Shown here in pieces: positions 28,641 to 37,133 of a stretch of 58,943 nt of DNA. Source of the stretch: an uncultured Rikenellaceae bacterium (GTDB lineage Bacteria; Bacteroidota; Bacteroidia; Bacteroidales; VadinHA17); NCBI GenBank assembly GCA_964612275.1, contig CAZTES010000002.1:1-58943 (forward strand), read 5' to 3'. The translations under genes and the position numbers were made by a program. The notes below the pieces were generated by a model. It ran no database searches and was not told the DNA's origin. It saw nothing but the letters and a program-made list of their open reading frames with translations. Positions within the stretch are counted from its first letter, which is position 1, and every line of letters starts with the position of its first letter.

Positions 28641-28641
28641 T

Positions 28642-30957
28642 TCATCGTTCAACCTTCACTTTGTCTCTCCAATACCTTGCTTTCCCCACTCCTGAAACAT
28701 CCGCGCTACCATCAAAAGCCAGTCCAAAATAGCCGGATTGCTGTTCAAACAGCAGCTGTTCTTCGTATAAGGCTTTTGTCAGGTTCACGACCGTAAAACC
28801 AAGGGTGTTTCCCTTTCGTTCGGTATAGAAAAAATCTCCGTTGGTTTCAACCGGTCCATAGCTGATTTTTCCCGATTCATACGTGTATTTAGGTCTACGG
28901 TAATCACGGAACATATCCATACGAAGGTCGTTTTTCACCCCCACATGGATTATCCTATCCCCATTCGTAATTTCAACCGACATGCCTTTCCCAAAGGATT
29001 CGGATCCGATATACCGGATCTGAGCCACCAGGTTTTCCGGTTGTTCTGATTGCGTGTGGGGTATCAGGACGGTGACAAAACCGATGGTTTGTCCCAGTTC
29101 AAAATGTTGTCCTGTTGTTTCCGATATCACCCATTCATCCTGGTAATATCGTTTTTCCATTTCCTTTTGTTCTATCCGGAAATGGGATTTTGGAAAGTGG
29201 ATCAGCAGGCTGGTATTGGTATCAAGTTTCAGGTTGCCGATGGAGTCGTACCGGGTATCGTACCAGTGATTTCCCTGTTTCACTATTTCCCGCGTATGCC
29301 AGAGGTTTGCTGATGTAAAAAACTCCTCAACCCGGGCTTTAACGATATCAAACACAACAAACATTTCCGGATTCTTAATATAGGTAATGACCCTGTCCCA
29401 TTCATAGCCCAGTTTATCATCAATCACCCGGGTTCGGCTGTAGTCAAAATCGGGGAAGGTTAGAAAATCGATTTTCTGGGTTCTGATGATCCGGTATGAT
29501 CCGGCATTATGAAGAAAATCGATTACCGAATGCCCGGGTATTCCCGGGTGATCGGTCGGGCTGTATCTCCATTCTCCCTCTTTCTGTCCCATAAAGATTT
29601 TTTCCTGCCGTACACACATCCGGTTATGGAAGTAGTCCTGACGATAGGCTCCATATGGCCCACTCGGCATAAAATCCCGGTAACCTCCATCGTGCAGCAA
29701 TACGGATCCGTTTTTCATCAGCAGGACGATGCTGTTCTCATCGGCATGTCCATGGGTCATCTTTTCCTCTTCAACGGGGATGACATCTCTCAGGTAATCC
29801 CTGAAAAGCAATCCGCCATCTCCTTCATCCCGGTAGTTCAAAAGCATGTAGGTAGATTCCGGTGACCACCCATTCCGGAAAACGATCTTTTTCCCCTGCA
29901 CATCTTCCATTACCTCTGTACTTAATGTTACCGGTACGCTGGGTTGTATGTCATCCGTACCGTAGCGGTAACAATCGAGCAGCATATAGGCTAAACCTGT
30001 ATTTTCTATCCGGTTGAAATCGATAAATTTCCGTGCGATTACTGAAGCAGCCCATTTCAATTCGGGATTTTTATAGATGTTTGCCGCGGCTTCAAAGTAT
30101 ACCAGGTATCTGTTCCAGTTTGAATGCCAGGTTGCATCGCCGAAATCGGGTATCATTCCGTCAGGAGACATCAGCTGAAGAAAATAGTGGGCATAGTAGT
30201 ACATCTCCGGGGTTTTGAAAAGTTCCTCCACCTGTTCTTTGGCGTCGGCATAACCGAGCAGTGCATAGAGCCACACACCATGATAGATGGTAGCATCTTC
30301 AATCTCCCAGTTTCCCCAGTTATCGAAACCCAGTGCCCGTTCGGTCATTTCCCAGGTTGGTGTTTTAGGATGGTCTGGCACTGCCCTTATTGACCATGCG
30401 AGCGCTTCTGCCCGGAGGGCAGTACGGTTCATGGGTCCCCACTCCTGTGTTTGCAGGAGATAATCCATGCTGTGTGCGATCACCTGATCGATCTTTTCCT
30501 GCTCTTTTTTGGTCAGGTAACCGAGCCGTTTCAGGATTTCATAAGGGCGTGCAAACCGCATGGTGGTAAAAAAATCGGGAAGAGCCGGTACTCCGTTCCC
30601 ATAATCCGGACGTTTTTGCACCGCCTCTTCCGGGTATTCCTTTTTGAAATCATCATAGATCAATAATATCTTTTTAGCTCTCTCGGCATACTCATTCTTC
30701 TTCTCCTTTTCATAGAGGGTGGCATAAATGGTTGCCATCTCCAGAATCCGTCCCGGGGGGCGGTACCCGAAAACACTCAATGGATCGAGTGACTCTCTCC
30801 AGACGGCCATTAGCGAATCCATATTTTCCCATGTCCAGTCAGCCGATTTCCTGGCAAATTCAAGGTATTGGTTCATGGGAATGGGGTTGGTGGATTGAGA
30901 AAAGGATGTGGTTGTGAAAAATAGGATAAACAAGGAAATGAATGTAATTTTCTTCAT
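28642..30957 (-). CDS. Secreted heparinase II/III-like (alpha/alpha-toroid + beta-sandwich polysaccharide-lyase-like) protein
   Basis: 771 aa, signal peptide MKKITFISLFILFFTTTSFSQ. The C-terminal half carries HGHADENSIVLLMKNGSVLLHDGGY, resembling the heparinase II/III domain signature. The family assignment is from motif memory only. Confidence 0.5.
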   Translation of the reverse strand: MKKITFISLFILFFTTTSFSQSTNPIPMNQYLEFARKSADWTWENMDSLMAVWRESLDPLSVFGYRPPGRILEMATIYATLYEKEKKNEYAERAKKILLIYDDFKKEYPEEAVQKRPDYGNGVPALPDFFTTMRFARPYEILKRLGYLTKKEQEKIDQVIAHSMDYLLQTQEWGPMNRTALRAEALAWSIRAVPDHPKTPTWEMTERALGFDNWGNWEIEDATIYHGVWLYALLGYADAKEQVEELFKTPEMYYYAHYFLQLMSPDGMIPDFGDATWHSNWNRYLVYFEAAANIYKNPELKWAASVIARKFIDFNRIENTGLAYMLLDCYRYGTDDIQPSVPVTLSTEVMEDVQGKKIVFRNGWSPESTYMLLNYRDEGDGGLLFRDYLRDVIPVEEEKMTHGHADENSIVLLMKNGSVLLHDGGYRDFMPSGPYGAYRQDYFHNRMCVRQEKIFMGQKEGEWRYSPTDHPGIPGHSVIDFLHNAGSYRIIRTQKIDFLTFPDFDYSRTRVIDDKLGYEWDRVITYIKNPEMFVVFDIVKARVEEFFTSANLWHTREIVKQGNHWYDTRYDSIGNLKLDTNTSLLIHFPKSHFRIEQKEMEKRYYQDEWVISETTGQHFELGQTIGFVTVLIPHTQSEQPENLVAQIRYIGSESFGKGMSVEITNGDRIIHVGVKNDLRMDMFRDYRRPKYTYESGKISYGPVETNGDFFYTERKGNTLGFTVVNLTKALYEEQLLFEQQSGYFGLAFDGSADVSGVGKARYWRDKVKVER

Positions 30958-31129
30958 GGTATTGTTTTTAAATAATTCGTAATTCGGTACTCGGTTACGA
31001 GGCCCGCCCCGTGAAATAATATTTCACTGGGCCCGGGTCGTTGGTCGTAAAACGTCGGTCGTCTTGTTTCCGTTACCGAATAACGAAATCCTAAACGGGT
31101 TTCGTTACCGCCTAACGTAACCGATCTTT

Positions 31130-32047
31130 TCAAAATCTCATCACCCCCAGCTCCCTCAGCGCCAGGTAGGCTGCACCCAGCACTCCTGCTGAATCGCCCA
31201 TCCGGGCTTTCAAAACAGGGATCTCTCCTCTGGGCGGGCCAAAAAAGGAGCGGGTCATAATCAGCGGGACTTTCTCATACCAGATGGGAATATTCGATAC
31301 TCCTCCCCCGAGAATAATCGCTTCCAGGTCGAAAGCATTGACCACGTTGGCAAACACCTGTGCCATGATCTCACAACTCTCCTTGAACAGGTCGACTGCC
31401 AGGGTATCTCCTTTCAGATATAATTCCCAGATCTGCTGAAGGGACTTTTTTTCTCCGCTCACTTCATGATATCTTCTACACTGGCTTGGTCCGGAAAGAT
31501 AGGCTTCAGCACAACCTGACCTTCCACACTCGCACTTCCTTCCCCGGTAATCGATGGTAGTATGCCCTATTTCACCCGCCGCTCCATGTTTACCACGATA
31601 TAGTTTCTGATCCAGGATCAGTCCATATCCCATACCCGTCCCAACAATCACTGCCAGGACATGGGAATAGATTTCCTCATAATTCCCAAAATATTCAGCC
31701 AGGGCAAGGCAATTGGCATCATTTTCCACCACAAGGGGCAGGTTAAATTGTTCCCTAACCCGACGGATAAATCCCGGTGACTCATAAACCGGGGTATGGG
31801 GTGATCCGTGCAACACATCCTCCCCCGGCTCGTGGGTACCCGGTGTACCCATACCAATCGCTTCAACCGGATAATTTTTTGAAACCGCACCAAAAACGAC
31901 TTGAATATTCCGGATCACCTGATCCAATCCTTTTTGGGGCTGAGATAAAACACGATGCCGGGACAGGACCCCGCAGGACGAATCCATCAGGCATGCTTCC
32001 ACTTTCGTACCCCCCAGATCAATGCCAACAACATACTTTTCCACCAT
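31130..32047 (-). CDS. ROK-family sugar kinase
   Basis: 305 aa. N-terminal ATP-binding GIDLGGTKVE and the ROK zinc motif CECGRSGCAEAY. Confidence 0.85.
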   Translation of the reverse strand: MVEKYVVGIDLGGTKVEACLMDSSCGVLSRHRVLSQPQKGLDQVIRNIQVVFGAVSKNYPVEAIGMGTPGTHEPGEDVLHGSPHTPVYESPGFIRRVREQFNLPLVVENDANCLALAEYFGNYEEIYSHVLAVIVGTGMGYGLILDQKLYRGKHGAAGEIGHTTIDYRGRKCECGRSGCAEAYLSGPSQCRRYHEVSGEKKSLQQIWELYLKGDTLAVDLFKESCEIMAQVFANVVNAFDLEAIILGGGVSNIPIWYEKVPLIMTRSFFGPPRGEIPVLKARMGDSAGVLGAAYLALRELGVMRF

Positions 32048-32060
32048 TTTGTTCCGGTAT

Positions 32061-33071
32061 CTATTCTTTTTTCAGCTTATTCCAGGTTTCAAATACCCTC
32101 CAGACATTTTCCGGTTTTGCTCCCGGTCCGAACTCACACTGTGCGATCACTCCTCCCTGTTTATAGAAGAGTTGATAAATTTGATGCACAGCCTTTTCGA
32201 TCTCTTCCTGGCTGTAATCCGGAAGTATGTGCTGACGGTCTATTTCGCCCCAGAATGTTAGTTTCCCACTGAACTTCCTGGCCAACTCTTCGATATCCAT
32301 ACAGAACAACTGCGAATTCAATGCATCAATTCCGACCTCAATGAGATCAGGGATTACCTCACCGATGGCTCCGTCGGAATGCATGAACACATATTTACCA
32401 TAATGCTTTGCGATTTCGATATATTCCTTGTACATCGGCTTGAAATATTTCCTGAAGGTGTCAGGAGAAGTGATCAATCCGTGTTGTGTTCCCCAGTCAT
32501 CCATCAGGTAGATCGCATCTACGGGGGTTTCTGCCCAGGTTTCAACCTCTTTGCAGTAGTGCTGATGGATCACATTCAATAGTTCCTTCAGTCCCGGAGG
32601 TTCCAGCGCAAGATCCATGAATGCCCCTTCCATCGTTCTAATGAATTGAAACCGCTCGAAGGGTCGCTGAAAATTCCCGGCAAGGGTAAACTGGTCCGTG
32701 GATCTGCAAAGCCGCTTGATTTCTTCAACATCAAGATCTAACACAGCTGCAGGAGGTTTAAGATCATGGTATTGCATCGGATCTGCAATGAGTGGTTTCT
32801 GCACTACTCCCATTAATCCCTCATGAATGTTTTTGAACTCACAACCCCATTCATCAACGTAATACCCCAATTTATATTTATTTCCTGAGATCACGGGTGG
32901 TTTTTTATAGTAAACCGGGGTCTGAAGAACATCATCGGGGAATGTTTTTCGCAATCGTCCGGTAAAATCCGGATAATGATCCTCCGCCCATGGAAGGATC
33001 CAGATCTGTCGCGGGATTCGTTCCGGGGAATCAAATTCCAGGGTCTTTTGTACCAGGGTTTTGCGGGTCAT
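32061..33071 (-). CDS. Uroporphyrinogen-decarboxylase (URO-D) fold protein, MtaA/CmuA-like methyltransferase candidate
   Basis: 336 aa, cytoplasmic. The overall TIM-barrel-like pattern and N-terminus (TLEFDSPERIPR...) resemble URO-D family members of the non-HemE type found next to corrinoid proteins. No haem-biosynthesis context. 13 nt upstream of the ROK kinase. Confidence 0.6.
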   Translation of the reverse strand: MTRKTLVQKTLEFDSPERIPRQIWILPWAEDHYPDFTGRLRKTFPDDVLQTPVYYKKPPVISGNKYKLGYYVDEWGCEFKNIHEGLMGVVQKPLIADPMQYHDLKPPAAVLDLDVEEIKRLCRSTDQFTLAGNFQRPFERFQFIRTMEGAFMDLALEPPGLKELLNVIHQHYCKEVETWAETPVDAIYLMDDWGTQHGLITSPDTFRKYFKPMYKEYIEIAKHYGKYVFMHSDGAIGEVIPDLIEVGIDALNSQLFCMDIEELARKFSGKLTFWGEIDRQHILPDYSQEEIEKAVHQIYQLFYKQGGVIAQCEFGPGAKPENVWRVFETWNKLKKE

Positions 33072-33107
33072 GTTGTTAAATCATCATTTAATCCCCCTCC
33101 CCACCTT

Positions 33108-33138
33108 GGCGGGACATCCCCTTTAAACAAAGAGGGAC
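33108..33138. repeat. Dispersed hairpin module, copy 2 (forward orientation)
   Basis: ggcgggacatcccctttaaacaaagagggac matches the reverse complement of 17798-17836 (ggcaggacaccccctttgacaaaggggg). Confidence 0.7.
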
Positions 33139-33174
33139 AAAAGCGTTTATGCATCTCACAGTCGAAAAAATTCT

Positions 33175-34401
33175 TCATCTTTTTCCTCCGGGAAAGTACA
33201 CATAATTCCTTAAATCAATTATTTTACCCGAAGCAGCCCATGGCAGGTTTGCTTCCGAAGGCAACCTGTTTTCCCGGTAACAGGCATATAGTTCCTCACT
33301 GAGACCATCGACCCATAATCGCTCCTTTTTTTCATCCGATGCAATTCTATCCACTGGGAAAGAAGCGATTTCTTCTACAGAATCCTGTACCCCATTAATA
33401 CACAGGACCTGTGCAGTAGCAGCTTCCGGACCACAAATTACCGGTCGGTCTTCTCTTACTGCTCTAATGGCTTCGTGGAGTTTGAGAAACTGGTCATCAT
33501 CCTCCGGGGAACCATTATCTTTCTCCCTCCCCTCCCGTGTAATGGCAATGATCCGGTCCTGTTCATCGCCATAGGTTACCGTTCCACCTTCAAATTCCAG
33601 ATGAAACATCGGGCCTCTTTCACAGGCGGTAACGTGGGATCCATAAAACAGGATTTCCACCCCCCGGGCAGTGTATGCCCTGAACACACCGGTATCGTAA
33701 TTCTGAATGGGATAGGTTCTGTAACATTCACCCTGGATCTCAGCCGGTTGATCACTCTCATCCATTTCCCTGCCGAGCAGGTAGAAGAGGTTATGGATAA
33801 AATGTGCCATCGCGTTTCCCAGGGGACTATCAAGAACCCACCGTTCCTCTTCATCCCTTAACTTGCCGGTCCATTGATTCCTTTCATAATAATCTTTCCC
33901 CCGCGGCCAGAAACAGAGTGATTTCATCCGTTTCGGTTTACCATACAGGCCGGAAAGGATGTCCCTTTTCAACTCCTGGATAGCGTGGGAGTAGGACCAC
34001 TGGTATCCGATCATAACCCATCTGCCCGATTGTTTGCGCACTGATAACAGGTCATCCACGTCCTGTATAACAGCAGATAGTGGTTTATCGCACAAAACAT
34101 TGCTTCCATTCATCAGGGCGATACACGATTGTTCGATGTGATATTGAATGGGAGAGGCAATAACAACCAGATCAGCTCTGCTGCCCGCCAGGTAAAAATC
34201 AGTAATTGTTCTGAAGATCTTTATCTCCCTTTTCTGTATTTCCCGGATTATTCCTGAGTTCCCGGGGAAAGGATCAACCACACCAACGATCTCAATGTCT
34301 TCATCACGGCAGTGATCCAACAGGTTTTTCAGGTAATACATTCCATACCCTCCGATTCCTACCATCAATACGGATACTCTATTTTGTTTCTTGCTGTTCA
34401 T
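33175..34401 (-). CDS. Gfo/Idh/MocA family NAD(P)-dependent oxidoreductase (cytoplasmic)
   Basis: 408 aa. N-terminal Rossmann VSVLMVGIGGYGMYY, then the characteristic C-terminal alpha/beta domain. ATG 34401 directly abuts the TGA (34402-34404) of GH38. Confidence 0.8.
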   Translation of the reverse strand: MNSKKQNRVSVLMVGIGGYGMYYLKNLLDHCRDEDIEIVGVVDPFPGNSGIIREIQKREIKIFRTITDFYLAGSRADLVVIASPIQYHIEQSCIALMNGSNVLCDKPLSAVIQDVDDLLSVRKQSGRWVMIGYQWSYSHAIQELKRDILSGLYGKPKRMKSLCFWPRGKDYYERNQWTGKLRDEEERWVLDSPLGNAMAHFIHNLFYLLGREMDESDQPAEIQGECYRTYPIQNYDTGVFRAYTARGVEILFYGSHVTACERGPMFHLEFEGGTVTYGDEQDRIIAITREGREKDNGSPEDDDQFLKLHEAIRAVREDRPVICGPEAATAQVLCINGVQDSVEEIASFPVDRIASDEKKERLWVDGLSEELYACYRENRLPSEANLPWAASGKIIDLRNYVYFPGGKR

Positions 34402-36906
34402 TCAGGATTGTATCAGTTCACGTTCCAGCAAATCTGTTTCAACAATGGTCTTCGTGCCAGGATCCACTGCTATGGTTTTTATTTCAAACGGTTTTAATGT
34501 TATCGTACCGGAAAAATCCAATACAGGAATTTTGATTTCTATCTTCCTTTCCTGACCGGTCGGCTCAAACAGTCGTATCACCAGCCGCTCGTTTTTTTCA
34601 CTCATTTTCAATGCAGAAAGTTGAACGATTGGATCAGAAATGATCACTCCCTGAAGCAATTTTTCTCCCTTGCCCCTGGAGTAACAGCATAGTGCAGGTG
34701 GAGGTTCGTTCCTGATCAGGCTCTCCCTGTGGATAGATTCTTTCCGCCCGCAGTGATCACCGGCTTGTATCCAGAACCGGAAGGATTGTTCTCCCTGGTC
34801 AATCCTTGGTTCGAACCGGTCCTGGGGCACAATGGGCTGGTCTTTTTTTATCGGATGACCCGAATAGGCAGGGGATCGTAACATGGAAATCCTGAGCTCC
34901 CCTTTATCATAGTCAAATCCATAGGTGGTATCATTGATCACGGTGAGTGCTATTTGCTCTGTCGGCGATTCTAAACCGATCCATTTTTGAGCGACCAGTT
35001 CTTCCCCGGCACGATCAAACTCTTCCACACCACAGGCAACCTGGCCAAAATATTTTGCGTTTTCCCAGCCTGTATCAAAAGCCATTTTCAGCATGCTTTC
35101 TTTCTCCATCCAGTAGATCCTTGATTCCACCTCTATCTCATTTCCTTTCAAAGGTATCTTGTAACGAACTGCAGCAAACGAATCTCCAAACCCGAACAAT
35201 CCTTCAACCACGATCCTTACCGGACCTTCCTCAATGATCCGGAGGGGAGGTAACCGGTTGGCATCCACACCGGCAAAAGCAGCAGCCAATGTAGGTGATA
35301 ACAGTTGAAATTCCCCTTTTATCTTCCGAAAGGACCGAACAGTCATTCCCCATGGATCCGCATTGTCCCTGATCACCAGCAGCCTTCCTGATCCCGGCAG
35401 CAAAATCTGTTTCCCATCAATCTCATAGCGCTGAATCAAACCCGTTGCAGGATTGATCTCTATCTGTCCATTGGGCAGGCTGAAACAAAATCGGTCAGTT
35501 ATTTTTTTCTTTCCCTCTGAAGATCGCGGTATCTTCTTCAGAAAACAGGAAAACCGGTTCATCGATGATGCCTTGAGAAGGGCATGAAAGACAACCCTTT
35601 TTCGGTGATCCTGAACGATGTTGCTGCTCTCTTTCTCAACCTGTGAAGGGATGAGGTTCCCCTCTGCATCCATAACTTCCGGTACCTGCAGGTAATCTTC
35701 ATCGAGGTTGGGTTCCTGCGCCTGGAATTCAATAACCACTGTCCCATCGACATCAAAAGGATGCGGATTAAAGGCCAACAGCGGAAATTCATCCTTTCTT
35801 GTCTCCGGCTGACCGGAAAGGTTTGCCATAAATGCTTTTGAACGGAGGCGTCCCAGGATCTCCATTCCATGGTGCAATCGCTGGATGGCATATTCTTCCA
35901 CTTCCGGGATGGATGATCCGGGGAGGATATCGTGGAACTGGCAATAAAGAAGGTCTTCCAGTGCTTCCGACAGGGATCCTCCGGGGTATCTCACCATTCC
36001 CTGAAGGTGAGTCAGGGTGCACATTTTTTCGGTTAGGAAGTAGAGGTTTTCCAGTTGCCTGTATCTCTTTTTAACCCGTTGCATGGAGGTATAACATCCA
36101 ATAGCAAATGGATTGATGCTCTTTTCCACTCTCGAAAGATCTCTCTTCTCTTCCCGGATTAAATTAAAATACTTTTCCGGAGTTCCATGACAGATGGATC
36201 TCTCTGTTGTCTGTTTCTGTAAGTCAGCGATCTGCTCAAGGTCTTCCCGGGAGGCCCCCCCACCGTGATTACCAATCCCCCAGAGCAGCAGCCCGTTCCG
36301 TCTGCTGCTATTCTGTTTCAGCCATTTCCTGATCTTATCGGCAGCCTGACCCTTGCCAGAGTTATAGTGATCATAGGGGCGGTGAGCTAAAATCTCGGAG
36401 CCATCGTATCCCACCCATATGAAATCAAGATCGGGGAGGTCAAGAAAATGATGATCGGGCCGGCAAAACAGATAAGAAGAGTAACCCGATTTTTTTATTA
36501 TTTGTACCAAACCGCGGGAGTGGCCAAACGGGTCAAAATTTACAGCAGTACTGGGTTCGACCCCAAACCGTTCCATGAAATATTTTTTTCCAACCACGAT
36601 TTGCCGGATCAGTGCTTCCCCGGAGGGCATGTTGCAATCGGGTTGAAGGTACCAGCCCCCGATGATCTTCCAGCTTCCTTCGGTTACCAGCTCCCTGATC
36701 TCCTCAAACAATTCCGGTTCATATTCCTCAACATACTGATAGAGCAGTGCTTCGTTGTGGCAAAAAACAAATCCTTTATATTCCCGGCAAAATCTTGCCG
36801 CAATCCGGAAAGTGGAAAGTGTTTCCGCCATGCCTTCCTCCCACTCCCATAACCAGACGGGGTCCAGGTGGGCGTTGCAAATGAGTGTCAGGGTCTTGTC
36901 GGCCAT
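34402..36906 (-). CDS. Alpha-mannosidase, GH38 (cytoplasmic type)
   Basis: 834 aa, no signal peptide. GH38 N-terminal metal-site motif LICNAHLDPVWLWEW and WGIGNHGGG. Confidence 0.85.
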   Translation of the reverse strand: MADKTLTLICNAHLDPVWLWEWEEGMAETLSTFRIAARFCREYKGFVFCHNEALLYQYVEEYEPELFEEIRELVTEGSWKIIGGWYLQPDCNMPSGEALIRQIVVGKKYFMERFGVEPSTAVNFDPFGHSRGLVQIIKKSGYSSYLFCRPDHHFLDLPDLDFIWVGYDGSEILAHRPYDHYNSGKGQAADKIRKWLKQNSSRRNGLLLWGIGNHGGGASREDLEQIADLQKQTTERSICHGTPEKYFNLIREEKRDLSRVEKSINPFAIGCYTSMQRVKKRYRQLENLYFLTEKMCTLTHLQGMVRYPGGSLSEALEDLLYCQFHDILPGSSIPEVEEYAIQRLHHGMEILGRLRSKAFMANLSGQPETRKDEFPLLAFNPHPFDVDGTVVIEFQAQEPNLDEDYLQVPEVMDAEGNLIPSQVEKESSNIVQDHRKRVVFHALLKASSMNRFSCFLKKIPRSSEGKKKITDRFCFSLPNGQIEINPATGLIQRYEIDGKQILLPGSGRLLVIRDNADPWGMTVRSFRKIKGEFQLLSPTLAAAFAGVDANRLPPLRIIEEGPVRIVVEGLFGFGDSFAAVRYKIPLKGNEIEVESRIYWMEKESMLKMAFDTGWENAKYFGQVACGVEEFDRAGEELVAQKWIGLESPTEQIALTVINDTTYGFDYDKGELRISMLRSPAYSGHPIKKDQPIVPQDRFEPRIDQGEQSFRFWIQAGDHCGRKESIHRESLIRNEPPPALCCYSRGKGEKLLQGVIISDPIVQLSALKMSEKNERLVIRLFEPTGQERKIEIKIPVLDFSGTITLKPFEIKTIAVDPGTKTIVETDLLERELIQS

Positions 36907-36940
36907 GATTATTTAAATTATAAACATGATATTCTACATT

Positions 36941-36997
36941 CAACCCCCTGCCTGCCCTCCTTCGGCGGGTAGACCGGCAGGCAGGCATTCGGGGTTG
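36941..36997. repeat. GC-rich long hairpin (caacccc ctgcctgcc ... ggcaggcag ... ggggttg)
   Basis: The outer 7-bp stem (36941-36947 / 36991-36997) and the inner 9-bp stem ctgcctgcc/ggcaggcag were read directly. Confidence 0.75.
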
Positions 36998-37016
36998 TAT
37001 TTATACTCTACTTATG

Positions 37017-37085
37017 CCCCGCACTGTGCCAAAAGCATGCCTTCGGCACGTACGGGGTTATTCATTGTTAAATCCCTTTGGGATT
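37017..37085. repeat. Structured repeat module, short copy (CCCsGCAC...TGCC TTC GGCA...GTACsGGGTTAyTCAT...AATCCC TTT GGGATT)
   Basis: ccccgcac...gtacgggg (37017-37057) then ttattcattgttaaatccctttgggatt. Homologous to 3835-3944. Confidence 0.75.
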
Positions 37086-37133
37086 TTTTAATAAAAGGGG
37101 CCAGTAATCGAATATCGAAACGACCTGATGATT

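Noticed and set aside
28215-28732. Small ORFs (28215-28499, 28321-28518, 28490-28732, also 27911-28123) in the 862-bp gap
   Set aside because: They are translations of CT-rich word repeats (Ser/Pro/Leu-rich), mutually overlapping, with no start context or motifs.
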